Below, piece after piece: positions 24,893-34,775 of a stretch of DNA of 64,000 nucleotides; the first letter of the stretch is position 1; every line of letters begins with the position of its first letter. The notes beneath the pieces are model-generated. The model was not told where the DNA came from and did not search any database. It saw nothing but the letters and a program-made list of their open reading frames with translations. A program made the translations under genes and the position numbers. Origin of the DNA: Phycisphaeraceae bacterium (GTDB taxonomy: Bacteria > Planctomycetota > Phycisphaerae > Phycisphaerales > Phycisphaeraceae); the NCBI GenBank assembly GCA_963674705.1, contig OY771506.1, positions 2,464,001 through 2,528,000 on the forward strand, given 5' to 3'.

Positions 24893-25528
24893 TCACTGCC
24901 GGATCGCGCGTTCCAGAGCGGTCTGACCGGCGAGGATCTTGCAGCGGGTGCGGGCCTCGATGAGGACCTGGACCTTACCGTTACGCTTGAGGGTGCGGAC
25001 GAGATCCTTCAGGTGCTGGTCGCGGTTACGGGCGAAACGGGCAAAGGCCTGTTCGAGGTCGTGGCGGGTGTACTTGGTCAGCGGATCGTTCAGGCCGGTC
25101 TGCATGATGGCCCAGTCGATCAGCGGCCGAGGTTCGGTCGTGAATTTATAAGTATCCATGGTTGCCATAAGACGCTGCAGGTCCGACGAGAATACATCGG
25201 TCAGCGCTTCGGGCAGGTCCCACAACTCGTTAGAGTTGTTCCTGGATTGTTCGAGTTGATCGAGCCAGCCTCCGCTGGTTGTCATCGAGGAACTCATGGT
25301 CTGTTTCAGTCCTTTCGGCGCCAACGGCGCTACCGCAGTGTTGATCACAACCCGGCCGCGGTTAACAAATTCAACGTTCAACCGCTGCGCGGAACTACCT
25401 TCGTGGACGATGGCTTGGGCTGCCTTGACCACGCCCTCACCCCATTCGGGGCGGCGGGGATGCGTAACGACATCCCCTTGCTGATAGCGATTGATCGACT
25501 TCACGGGAGCTTTCGTAAGAACCTTCAC
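24893..25528 (-). CDS. DUF3553-like protein (small SH3-like N-domain plus helical domain)
   Basis: GDVVTHPRRPEWGEGVV...LNVEFVNRG matches the DUF3553 pattern. Start uncertain (GTG 25528 or 25504). Confidence 0.7.
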   Translation of the reverse strand: MKVLTKAPVKSINRYQQGDVVTHPRRPEWGEGVVKAAQAIVHEGSSAQRLNVEFVNRGRVVINTAVAPLAPKGLKQTMSSSMTTSGGWLDQLEQSRNNSNELWDLPEALTDVFSSDLQRLMATMDTYKFTTEPRPLIDWAIMQTGLNDPLTKYTRHDLEQAFARFARNRDQHLKDLVRTLKRNGKVQVLIEARTRCKILAGQTALERAIRQ

Positions 25529-25574
25529 CGGCACTGACTGTAACCGGGGCGGCTCTTTCTCCGAGGCGTTGATT

Positions 25575-25770
25575 ACGAACCCACCGCGGGCCGTGCCCCA
25601 CGCCATACATATCTGTATCGTTCCCGAGCCCACGGTCTCCTGACCGGCTTTCGGGACGGCATTGATGCCCGATCGCTCCTTCGATCTACCGGCATATCAA
25701 ATGATTCTCACCCGGACGCGCCTCACAAGCCCCGACGCGTCTTGACTGGGTCGGCCCAACCGGGCCCACA
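25575..25770 (-). ncRNA. Candidate structured non-coding RNA or leader (~195 nt), family unidentified
   Basis: The 5' and 3' ends pair and enclose four hairpins. Several pairs need G-U and work only on the - strand. TAGAAT lies immediately upstream. Confidence 0.5.
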
Positions 25771-25999
25771 TTCTAAACCATATATCGACCGCCTCTGGCG
25801 TGCAACTTTGGCGAATGCTTTTCGTGGAAAACTGCGCTGGCTATCCCCCCACGCAGACATGCACGACAACCCGATTATAGCCCATCTCGGGTATGGGTCA
25901 AGGGTTTTATGGGGTCTGCCTCAATCACTTTATCGCTGTTAAAATCGGGTATTTACGCGATATCCATGCTAAATGACGCATCCGAAGTGGTTAACCACC

Positions 26000-26812
26000 T
26001 CATAACGGCTCATTGCCGCCGATCCCGTGATCCTCTTCGTTCACATCGTCCCGGTTCTGGCTCTGATGTTCCTCGATATCCTCGGTCTGTTCTTCCGCTT
26101 CTGCGATCACATCCGCATCAGCCTGGGTGACCGCGGTCGCTTCAAGCAGCTTGTTGATGCGTCTACGCACAAGGAAAATCAACGGCACATGCGGTATCCG
26201 GCGCAGCTCCGATCGCCCGGTTGCCGAGTACACGATCAGCGTGCCCGAGCCGCAGATCAGCAGTTCCAGCAGGTCCGGATATGTGCTGCGGACCCGCTTT
26301 GCCCCGCGCGCCAGTGAATCGTCAGCCCGGCCAAACGCGTAATGCTCGAACTCATTGTGCGTGATCCGCCAGCGGTGCTGCATCCGCACCCAGACGATCA
26401 TCGTCAGGTAGGGGATCAGCAGCAGGATACTCATCGACAGCCCGAAGCCCCGGTTGTATTGCACTTCCTGGTCTTCGAAAAAGTTGAAGATGTTGCCGAA
26501 CAGCGTGAAGCCCGACCGCTCACTGAGCCAAAGCCCCAGGAAGAAGAACATCGCAAACGCGACCGCCCAGAACACCGCGTAGTTTCGCTCGATATCCACG
26601 CCGATCGTCAGGATCACCACAGCACAGGTCAGCAGATAGACCCAGCCCAGCGATTCCTGGTTGATAAATTCCCAGCTACCCAACGGCCAGAACAAAAAGC
26701 CGGCCACGATGATCGGCCAGATAAACAACAGCTTCGGATAGGTATGAAACACCACCTCATGGACTTGCCCATCGGGCCCGGTACGCTTTTTCCATGGCAG
26801 TCTCATACCCAT
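26000..26812 (-). CDS. Conserved hypothetical integral membrane protein
   Basis: About 4 TM segments, a cytoplasmic beta-rich region and an acidic tail; typical codon usage. Confidence 0.75.
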   Translation of the reverse strand: MGMRLPWKKRTGPDGQVHEVVFHTYPKLLFIWPIIVAGFLFWPLGSWEFINQESLGWVYLLTCAVVILTIGVDIERNYAVFWAVAFAMFFFLGLWLSERSGFTLFGNIFNFFEDQEVQYNRGFGLSMSILLLIPYLTMIVWVRMQHRWRITHNEFEHYAFGRADDSLARGAKRVRSTYPDLLELLICGSGTLIVYSATGRSELRRIPHVPLIFLVRRRINKLLEATAVTQADADVIAEAEEQTEDIEEHQSQNRDDVNEEDHGIGGNEPL

Positions 26813-26924
26813 ACTGTAACACGCCGGTGGGGGCTATGTCTCTAACAATAGGCATAGTCGTAGCCAGGCCGCATGTATGGCATTGGAGCCGATACGCGGA
26901 TCTGCATTTGATGTCTGGGCTGAT

Positions 26925-28673
26925 TTAGTGTTTCAAACGTCTAGCCAGGCAGGGTAGTCCAAGCAGGATAACCAATCCCGCACCCGGCTCGGGGATGTTG
27001 GCTCCCGTAAATGCCGGGGGCGTGCCTGCGTTCCAATTGTCCAGTACGGCATCCAGATCACCAAGGCCGACGTAGCCGTCGCCATCAATATCACCCTGCA
27101 GTAATACACCCGCTGTTACATCCTGATTCCAATATTGCAGGACGATATCGAGGTCTGACAATCCGACAAAGCCATCGCCATCCAGGTCGCCTGGCAGGGC
27201 GTCGCCATAGGTCGTGCCGTTGATCGTGAATGAGCCGTTGGAACGTGTGATCGCTACGGTGTCGCCGCCGGGGGAGTAGATGCCGAGGCGCTCGCCGCCT
27301 GAAGCAAGGTTGCCTGCGGTGTAGATATTGCCCGCGAGGTCATGGGTAATCGGTCCACGCGGATAAAAATAATATGTGGGTGGCGCTGTAACCACATTCA
27401 GACCTAAAAAAGGATAATCCGAGGCAACCAGGATCGGTATGCCGTTCTCATCCAGTTGAGCAATGAAAAAGTTGAGCTGCCCCCGATACCGATATACAAG
27501 TTGTTTGCCGTCGGGTGACACACTCACGCTTATTGCGTTTGAAAAAATGTCTGATCCGTCGATATTGTCAAGGTGATACTGTCGGGAATTAAACAGAATG
27601 GTTGTCGCGGTTGGATCAAGGATGATGATGCCTCCACCAACCTCATTGATGATGAAGTTGTTTGTCCTTGGGTCGATCGTAATATCGGCATCAAGAGCGG
27701 TAGTGTAACTGGTTGGATGAATGCTGTTGTTGATGTCGCTCAGGATACTGGTTCCATCAGAATTCGAACCGAGCGTGCTTGCATCAACTATAAGTGTGGG
27801 CGATCCGTCGTACTCCGAGACGCCGCCGATGTCATAGCGCCAGATGTGACTACCGGTATCGGGCACACTGCCCGGCAGGTCCTGGTCGATCGTATAAAGC
27901 GTCAAATCACCACCTGCCAGAGAGCCGGATACAAGCGGTGTGCTGATGATCGATCCATGGTTTTGATCGGTGATCGGCTGCACTCCGCCAAGCCCGGCAA
28001 GCAGGTTGCCGCCTGTGGATACATCCGGGTCGGTGTAGTAGATACCGCCGTGGATGTCGGAGGCGTCGCTGATATAGAGCGTATCATCCTCACCGACGGC
28101 AAGCCGGAATGGCGAATTGTCACTTCCACTGAAGTCTATCCCCGCAGTGCGTGCGGTGGTGGGATCGTTGGGGTCGGTGATACCAAAAGCATCCGTCGCG
28201 TCGGCGTTGAAGACGTAGATGCCATCGCCCATCTGTCGGCCGGCAAAGCTAACAGTGCTGTCACGCTGCGATACATAGAACCGACCAAAATTCGGGCTGC
28301 CAGGATTCTGATTCACCGCAACACCGTTCACCCGCTCAAAACCGAGCATCGGATTGTCAATGCTGGTCGAACTCTCTGTCCATCCCGCCGGTGCGCTGTG
28401 GCTGACGGTGATCGTGTAATCGCTGAAACCGGTCATGTCGAACGTGTGCTGGCCTGATGCCGCATCACTGAGCGTGATCGCATTACCGCCGTCACGCGTG
28501 ATCGTCACCACATCAGCCGGTTCGTTGAGGATAAAGCTGACCGTATCCCCTACACGTTCCACGCCGGAGGCATACGGCACCGCGTTGGCGATATCGATCG
28601 TACCTAATAGCGAGACAGCGCAAACGGCAAGAACCGGCAGGTGTCTTGCTGAAACAAAGGATTGTTGAGGCAT
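26925..28673 (-). CDS. Secreted beta-propeller-like protein with dockerin-like module and PEP-CTERM sorting signal
   Basis: Signal peptide; PGDLDGDGFVGLSDL...GDIDGDGYVGLGDL; IPEPGAGLVILLGLPCLARRLKH. Confidence 0.85.
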   Translation of the reverse strand: MPQQSFVSARHLPVLAVCAVSLLGTIDIANAVPYASGVERVGDTVSFILNEPADVVTITRDGGNAITLSDAASGQHTFDMTGFSDYTITVSHSAPAGWTESSTSIDNPMLGFERVNGVAVNQNPGSPNFGRFYVSQRDSTVSFAGRQMGDGIYVFNADATDAFGITDPNDPTTARTAGIDFSGSDNSPFRLAVGEDDTLYISDASDIHGGIYYTDPDVSTGGNLLAGLGGVQPITDQNHGSIISTPLVSGSLAGGDLTLYTIDQDLPGSVPDTGSHIWRYDIGGVSEYDGSPTLIVDASTLGSNSDGTSILSDINNSIHPTSYTTALDADITIDPRTNNFIINEVGGGIIILDPTATTILFNSRQYHLDNIDGSDIFSNAISVSVSPDGKQLVYRYRGQLNFFIAQLDENGIPILVASDYPFLGLNVVTAPPTYYFYPRGPITHDLAGNIYTAGNLASGGERLGIYSPGGDTVAITRSNGSFTINGTTYGDALPGDLDGDGFVGLSDLDIVLQYWNQDVTAGVLLQGDIDGDGYVGLGDLDAVLDNWNAGTPPAFTGANIPEPGAGLVILLGLPCLARRLKH

Positions 28674-28787
28674 CAGGATTCCCCGAACTATTACAGTTGT
28701 ACTACAGCCCTATAACAGGGGTATCCCTGTTAAACGTCGACTAACATCCAGTATACATGATCAAAGACGTTTGCAGCCTGAGATATT

Positions 28788-30536
28788 TCAATTACATCGC
28801 AGGTTTCCTCGGCCAAAAACTGCCAGGATTGCCCAAACCCCCAATATGAGCAGGCTGTTCGGTTCGGGTATGTTCTGCGTCTGGGTCGGCGGCGTCCCCG
28901 CGTTCCAGTTGTTCAACACCATATCCAGATCGTCCAGCCCGACATAGCCATCACCCGATGGGTCGCCCTTTAAAGGATCACGCGCCGCAACAGTCTGATT
29001 CCAATGATCAAGGATCAGGTTCAGGTCATCCAGCCCGACAAATCCATCGCCATCCAGATCGCCCTCGATACTTGTCTGCGGGATTAACCTGAAGATCTCA
29101 CCCGTGCGCTTTGTGATGATGTAGATCTCCCCATCATTATCAACGCCGAAGCGCAGGTCGGCCCGTGGCGGGTCTCCGATGATTTGCAGCAGTGTCTGTT
29201 CACCGCCTTCATGAAAGATCGTCAGTTCATGCACCACGGCCTGGTTGCCCAGCACCATCTCATCGACATCCGTATAGAAAAGTCGGCCGTTAACCAGGTC
29301 GCCGAAGATGTATTTGCCCTGAAGTGTTGAGATCGCCTGTCCACGATACACAAAGCCGCCGACGATCGCGTTGCCTTCGTCGTGATCGTATTGCGCGACG
29401 GGGTAGGTGTAGCCAAACAACGCATCATTCGCGGGCAAGAAGTTGAGCGTGCTTTCGTTATATGGATCGGTTGCATAGATTCCTTCGCGGTCGCGCCAGC
29501 CATAGTTTGCGCCGGACACACCAAGGTTGATCTCTTCGATACTTGCCTGCCCGATATCTGAGATAAACATGTTGCCGGTGCCGTTCAGGCCGGTGTCCCA
29601 ACTCCAGCGATGTGGGTTGCGCAAACCGAATGCGAACAACTCGTCAATCGTTTCATCTGCAGGTGTGGTGCTTTCATCGATACCGAGTGTGAACTGCAGA
29701 TCAGGATCGCCTACAAAAGGATTGTCTGCGGGAATACCGTACTGCCCATTGGCACTGTTGGTGCCGAGCGGATTGATACGAAGTATGGAACCAAGTGGAT
29801 TGCTTGTGTTCTGCCCGTTTTCATAGGGATCGGTCGGATTCGCTGGGAAGTTGTTGCCGCCATCACCCATCGATACATACAGCATGCCGTAGTCCGCGTC
29901 GCCCGCCTGAGCCAGCGGATTAAAACCTATCTGCTGCATGTTGTGATCCGCAAACGGCTGGCCGATGCGCAACAACTCACGCCGACTCGATGTATCGATT
30001 GCGTTGGGGTTCAGCGGATCAACCTGCCACTCGATGATTACGCTGTGATGCACGGTTGAACCCGGGCTCGGATAATCAGGCGCGGGTTTGCCTGAAGGAT
30101 TATCGCTATGCGCGGTATAGACCTTGCCATAACCATCTGCACCGGGTGTGGCGTAATCCGGATGGAACGCAAAACCGCCCAGTCCACGCTGGCCATAGTT
30201 ACCAATCATGATGTCAATATCGTTCTGCCCTGCGACACTCGGCGCAGTGTTCAGGTTCAGGAAGATGTCCGAAGAGGCAACACCATTATCGATAATCCGG
30301 ACGCCTCCACGTGAGTCCATCACGAACAAACGCCCCGAATCGTCAGGCGATTCAAGCAGATAGTTGATCCCATCACGCATCTGCGGCTGCGAGGCTGCGG
30401 GGAACTGTACGAAGTCTACAAGTTCAACAGCCAGCCCCGGCTTATCAATCGGCGGTAGCGGATTTGCCGCAGGACATGTACTCCCCAAACTGACCATCCC
30501 GGCGATGAACGCCAGTTGAAATCGCACACTTCGCAT
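28788..30536 (-). CDS. PQQ-dependent sugar dehydrogenase-like (GSDH) protein with dockerin-like module and PEP-CTERM
   Basis: AFHPDY, LYVSMGDGG, LGSILRINP, AFGLRNPHRWSWD, DIGQ..IEEIN and GANYGW; C-terminal IPEP plus TM. Start taken at MRSVRF. Confidence 0.87.
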   Translation of the reverse strand: MRSVRFQLAFIAGMVSLGSTCPAANPLPPIDKPGLAVELVDFVQFPAASQPQMRDGINYLLESPDDSGRLFVMDSRGGVRIIDNGVASSDIFLNLNTAPSVAGQNDIDIMIGNYGQRGLGGFAFHPDYATPGADGYGKVYTAHSDNPSGKPAPDYPSPGSTVHHSVIIEWQVDPLNPNAIDTSSRRELLRIGQPFADHNMQQIGFNPLAQAGDADYGMLYVSMGDGGNNFPANPTDPYENGQNTSNPLGSILRINPLGTNSANGQYGIPADNPFVGDPDLQFTLGIDESTTPADETIDELFAFGLRNPHRWSWDTGLNGTGNMFISDIGQASIEEINLGVSGANYGWRDREGIYATDPYNESTLNFLPANDALFGYTYPVAQYDHDEGNAIVGGFVYRGQAISTLQGKYIFGDLVNGRLFYTDVDEMVLGNQAVVHELTIFHEGGEQTLLQIIGDPPRADLRFGVDNDGEIYIITKRTGEIFRLIPQTSIEGDLDGDGFVGLDDLNLILDHWNQTVAARDPLKGDPSGDGYVGLDDLDMVLNNWNAGTPPTQTQNIPEPNSLLILGVWAILAVFGRGNLRCN

Positions 30537-30754
30537 ATTGTTCTGCCCTAACAAGAAACGAAAGTAACACAGATACGTCACGAAAAGTCGGATAACATGT
30601 TCACCCGAATACAGCCAAAGGTAACACGGCAATTATAGCACGCGTGTTTGTGTGTTAAAGAAGTTAGATATTTATGGGTGGTAACGCTTTATTTAAAGAG
30701 CGTATTGAGTGAATATCGATTTATGCTTTAGGTGAATGAAAATCTAATGAAGTG

Positions 30755-30792
30755 CGGCCCTCACCCCGGCCCTCACCCTGGGGAGAGGGAGT
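30755..30792. repeat. GC-rich REP-like element, family C, copy 1
   Basis: GGCCCTCACCCCGGCCCTCACCCTGGGGAGAGGGAGT, the reverse complement of the copies at 41493 and 46726. Confidence 0.85.
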
Positions 30793-30824
30793 TAATGCAA
30801 GTTTTAAACGTGTGTGTGCAGGGG

Positions 30825-31991
30825 TTAATCGGCGCAATCGCAATCAATCGCTCTGAAAAGCGCTTCGCCTAAGTGCCGGCCGATGCGATGAAGGTTCGCC
30901 AGCGTTTCACCGGGTAGATACATCAATTCAAATGTCATGCAGAATCCGGGGTTCAATTCCTTAAACGCGAACGTTTCCGTCGATGGGTGCTCCCAACCCG
31001 AATCCCAACTCGCCAGGCCCGGTTCGAGTGCGAGCATCGCTTTCCAGAATGGATGATCCCAGTAGCCTTCCTCTTTGCAGAGGATGCCGACGTGGTGCGC
31101 GGTATCTGTCCAGCAGTGCACATCGATAAAGATGTCGACCTTGGCGTTTGTGTCTTTGAGCAACGCTTTGCCGAGGGTTGCGATATCCGGCATGTCCTGC
31201 CATAGATCGTTCCGCCAGAAGCGGTTTGCATCGCGATCGACATGCTGGACCGTGCTGCGGTTGTACCCCGCCACCCGGCCGTCCGGATTCGCCATCGGAT
31301 ACACAAATATGTTGGCTTTACGACGCAAAAGCGTAGCATTCACCGAATCGCCGACTAACCAGTCAAGCAGCGTTTCGAGCACGTGGTTCGCAAGCGTCTC
31401 ATTGGGATGCACACCACTCATCAGGACAATAGTTTTCTTGGTTCCCGTGATTTGTGGATCGGTTACCAGGTAGCCAAACAGCGGATTCGGTTCGATCGTT
31501 CTGCCAAGATCGTCTACGCCCCCGGGCGACATGCCGAGTATCAGCTTGTCATCCGAACTTGGCGTCGGCGATACGTACGGGCTCAATGCCATCTTCTTCG
31601 TATGCGAGACGATCTGAGAAAACGGATACGGGAATCCATACGCCACCGTCACCTTGTCGGCCTTGAACGGCTTATCATTACCAAAACGGAACAAACTCTG
31701 TTCGGTGTCGTGTACATTGTTATCGAAGTAGCGCCAGCCGCTTCCATCCTCGCAATACACCATCTGCAAGTGGTCCAGACGTGCAGGCTCGGTGTCGAAG
31801 TTGTCATCGATCTGGAAGGTCAGCTTGCGCCCGGCCACGCCCGTGGCGGTGAAGTGGATCCACTTCCAACTGCCTGTGTTAAAGTTGTCGCGCCCGGCAA
31901 GCAGGACGGTGTCCCCCTCTATCGAGCATTTGGAAACAACCAGCGAACCGCTGTCAAAGTCCGCATCCAATGTAATAGTTGAAACTGACAT
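30825..31991 (-). CDS. M14 zinc carboxypeptidase, cytosolic type
   Basis: DADFDSG N-domain, GVHPNE, PMANPDG, DANRFW and IDVH. Confidence 0.85.
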   Translation of the reverse strand: MSVSTITLDADFDSGSLVVSKCSIEGDTVLLAGRDNFNTGSWKWIHFTATGVAGRKLTFQIDDNFDTEPARLDHLQMVYCEDGSGWRYFDNNVHDTEQSLFRFGNDKPFKADKVTVAYGFPYPFSQIVSHTKKMALSPYVSPTPSSDDKLILGMSPGGVDDLGRTIEPNPLFGYLVTDPQITGTKKTIVLMSGVHPNETLANHVLETLLDWLVGDSVNATLLRRKANIFVYPMANPDGRVAGYNRSTVQHVDRDANRFWRNDLWQDMPDIATLGKALLKDTNAKVDIFIDVHCWTDTAHHVGILCKEEGYWDHPFWKAMLALEPGLASWDSGWEHPSTETFAFKELNPGFCMTFELMYLPGETLANLHRIGRHLGEALFRAIDCDCAD

Positions 31992-32064
31992 CTCGGTATC
32001 GTAGCGATTTGTCTTCTAACACCCAACCGCGCCCGTAGGCAGTTGCCCGGCTACAATAGGAGAT

Positions 32065-33411
32065 ATGCAGATTTTCATAAACATTTTGGAAAACACCTGG
32101 TCGATGGCGCTTGCCGCCGCCCCCTGGCTGGTTGTCGGCCTGATTGTTGCCGCCTTGATCAAGGTCTATGTCTCTTCCTCCTGGATGAGTCAGTTCCTCA
32201 AGGGAAAGGCCGGTGTTGTTAAGGCTGCGTTCATTGGTGCGCCGCTGCCGCTCTGTTCCTGCGGCGTGATCCCCGCGGCACTGGCGATCCGTCGGCAGGG
32301 GGCATCAAAAAGCTCGGTGATGTCTTTCCTGGTTGCGACGCCTGAGACAGGCGTTGACTCGGTTGCCGTTTCTTATGCACTGCTGGGCCCGTTCCTCGCG
32401 GTCGTCCGCCCGATCTCCGCCATCTTCAGCGCTATCGTCACCGGCCTGATCGGTGCCTCTATCCCCGAATCCTCAGCATCCTCCGCGGCTGAGCCCGATT
32501 CATCGACCGGTTCTGGTTCCAGTGTTGGTTCAAGCACTTGCTGCTCCAGCAAGCCCAAGAAGTCCTGCTGCGAATCCGAAAAACCCAGCGAGCCCAAAGC
32601 AATCTGCTGCAGCAATGAATCGCAGCAAGCTGAAGCCAAGCCCGAATCCTCGTGTTGTTCTTCCAAGGCTGAAACGCCAGAGCCGCAATCATCCTGTTGT
32701 TCGTCAAAAGCCGCTTCTGAGCCAAAGTCATCCTGTTGTTCATCACAAGCCAAACCCGAGCCGGCATCATCCTGCTGCTCTTCCAAGCAGGAAGCTAAAC
32801 CCGCTCCCAGTTGCTGTTCATCAAATCAGTCACACGCGGGTGCCAACAAACCCGGCCTGTTTGTCTCCATGATCGACGCCGCCGGGCAGATCATGACCGA
32901 TACCGCAAAGTGGTTGCTCATCGGCTTGTTCATGGCCGGCATCATCAGTGTGTTCCTGGATGACGGCACACTCGCCAAACTTGGGTCGAGCATTTGGGTG
33001 ATGTTGCTGATGGTCGTGGTCGGTATCCCGATGTACATCTGCGCCGTCGCTTCGACGCCTCTGGCTGCGAGCCTGCTGCTGGCGGGTTTGTCGCCCGGCG
33101 CGGTGCTGGTATTCATGCTGGCAGGACCCGCGACGAACATCGCAACGCTCGGTGTTGTCAGAAATGAACTGGGCACACGCTACATGATCGCCTACCTCAT
33201 CGGTGTCTCCGCCAGCGCGATCATCTGTGGCCTGGCGACCGACGCCATCGCGAGTGCAATGGGTATCGTCGCGTCAACCCAGGCGGCACATTCCCACGAG
33301 CATGAGATGATCCCCGAATGGCTGGCAATCACGTGCCTGGTGGTACTCGTCCTCTTGGCGATCAAACCGCTTCGCATGAAGCTTACCACCCTCTCGCCGC
33401 AACCAGCCTAA
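32065..33411 (+). CDS. SO_0444/ArsP-like (DUF318) metal efflux permease with Cys-Cys repeat loop
   Basis: PLPLCSCGVIP, FLVATPETGVDS, PMYICAVASTP and GPATN; eight CC pairs in the central loop. Confidence 0.88.
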   Translation: MQIFINILENTWSMALAAAPWLVVGLIVAALIKVYVSSSWMSQFLKGKAGVVKAAFIGAPLPLCSCGVIPAALAIRRQGASKSSVMSFLVATPETGVDSVAVSYALLGPFLAVVRPISAIFSAIVTGLIGASIPESSASSAAEPDSSTGSGSSVGSSTCCSSKPKKSCCESEKPSEPKAICCSNESQQAEAKPESSCCSSKAETPEPQSSCCSSKAASEPKSSCCSSQAKPEPASSCCSSKQEAKPAPSCCSSNQSHAGANKPGLFVSMIDAAGQIMTDTAKWLLIGLFMAGIISVFLDDGTLAKLGSSIWVMLLMVVVGIPMYICAVASTPLAASLLLAGLSPGAVLVFMLAGPATNIATLGVVRNELGTRYMIAYLIGVSASAIICGLATDAIASAMGIVASTQAAHSHEHEMIPEWLAITCLVVLVLLAIKPLRMKLTTLSPQPA

Positions 33412-33423
33412 AATGTCTGGCGG

Positions 33424-34764
33424 ATGTCCGACCGACGCGAAAAACTCGACGAACTGTTGGCCAAGGCCCACAAGCTGCCTGCCGTCCCGGGTGTGTACCT
33501 GATGAAAGACGCGGCTGGGGTCGTGCTGTACGTTGGTAAGGCCCTGAACCTGCCCAACCGCGTCAGCAGCTACTTCGTCCCGTCGGCCGACCTCGGCCCG
33601 AAGAAACAGCCCATGCTCGAACTCGTCGAGGACTTCGACATCATCGAGTGTGAAAGTGAATGGGAAGCACTGCTGGCAGAAAACCGGCTGATCAAGGATA
33701 TCCATCCACGCTTCAATTCCCGCCTGACCGATGGCAAGAGTTTCCCGTACCTGGTCATCACCATGCGCGACGACTTCCCGGGCGTCTTCATCACGCGCGA
33801 ACCCACCGCCCCGGAATTCAGAGGCGCGAAAGTACTCGGTCCTTTCACGAGTGTCTACGCCTTGCGTGAAAGCATCCAGCTCGCTCAACGCGTGTTCAAG
33901 TTTCGCACCTGTCACCTGGATATCCGCGAAGACGATGATTCGCGCAGGCATTTTCGGCCATGCCTGCTCTATCCGATCAAGCAGTGTACCGCCCCGTGTG
34001 CCGCGAAGATCAGCAAGGAAGCCTACCGCGAAGATATCCGTCGACTCGTGCGCTTTCTGGAATCCAAGCGTTCGGTGATGCTGCGCGAGATGCGCATGCA
34101 GATGCAGGAAGAGTCCGATGCCCAGCGTTTCGAGCAGGCGGCCGTGCTGCGCGACCAGATCAAAGCACTGGAAAAACTCGACGATCGAGGCAAAAGAGGG
34201 CAAGGCTGGCAGCCCGAGATCGAATCCTTCGTACAAGACCCACGCAAAGGCCTCGAGTCTCTTGCAAGAACACTCGGTATCAACGAGCAGATCCGCTGCC
34301 TTGAAGCGATCGACATCGCACACTTACAGGGCGGCGAAACCGTCGGCTCGAAAGTCTGCTTTGTTGATGGCCGCCCGTTTAAGAACGCTTATCGACGCTA
34401 TAAGATCAAAACCGTTGAAGGTGGCAACGATGACTATGCCTCCATCCGTGAAGTGGTCAGCCGACGCTACCGCGATGCCGGCGCAGGCCACGAACTCTAT
34501 CCCGATGTGATCCTCATCGACGGCGGACTTGGCCAACTGCACGCGGCGATGGAAGCCTTCGACCAGCTCGATGTCAAACCCCCGATGGTGATTTCGCTTG
34601 CGAAAAAAGAAGAACTCATCTACACGCAAGCCAAGAGCGAGCCTATCCGCTTGGGTCGCGAGAACCCGGGCCTGCGGCTGTGTCAGGCCATCCGCGATGA
34701 AGCCCACCGCTTCGCCCAGCACTACCACCACATCCTGCGGCGAAAGAAAACGGTGGGTGAGTAG
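33424..34764 (+). CDS. uvrC: Excinuclease ABC subunit C (short form without HhH tail)
   Basis: GIY-YIG (PGVYLMKD...YVGKA), CxxC region, UVR motif, DIAHLQG, LIDGGLGQL and RDEAHRFA. Confidence 0.93.
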   Translation: MSDRREKLDELLAKAHKLPAVPGVYLMKDAAGVVLYVGKALNLPNRVSSYFVPSADLGPKKQPMLELVEDFDIIECESEWEALLAENRLIKDIHPRFNSRLTDGKSFPYLVITMRDDFPGVFITREPTAPEFRGAKVLGPFTSVYALRESIQLAQRVFKFRTCHLDIREDDDSRRHFRPCLLYPIKQCTAPCAAKISKEAYREDIRRLVRFLESKRSVMLREMRMQMQEESDAQRFEQAAVLRDQIKALEKLDDRGKRGQGWQPEIESFVQDPRKGLESLARTLGINEQIRCLEAIDIAHLQGGETVGSKVCFVDGRPFKNAYRRYKIKTVEGGNDDYASIREVVSRRYRDAGAGHELYPDVILIDGGLGQLHAAMEAFDQLDVKPPMVISLAKKEELIYTQAKSEPIRLGRENPGLRLCQAIRDEAHRFAQHYHHILRRKKTVGE

Positions 34765-34775
34765 CTGTTTATTTA

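Noticed and set aside
25625..25715. Cobalamin riboswitch (GGGTGAGAATC and GTCAGGAGACC on the - strand resemble parts of it)
   Set aside because: The GGGAA, CCCCCGCnACTGT and GCCACTG/GGGAAG core elements are not in the expected order, and the downstream gene is not B12-related.
33274..34323. Long antisense ORFs (this one, 47961..49022, 52458..53459, 2772..3632 and others)
   Set aside because: They are shadows of well-supported genes on the opposite strand, expected in high-GC DNA, and carry no motifs.
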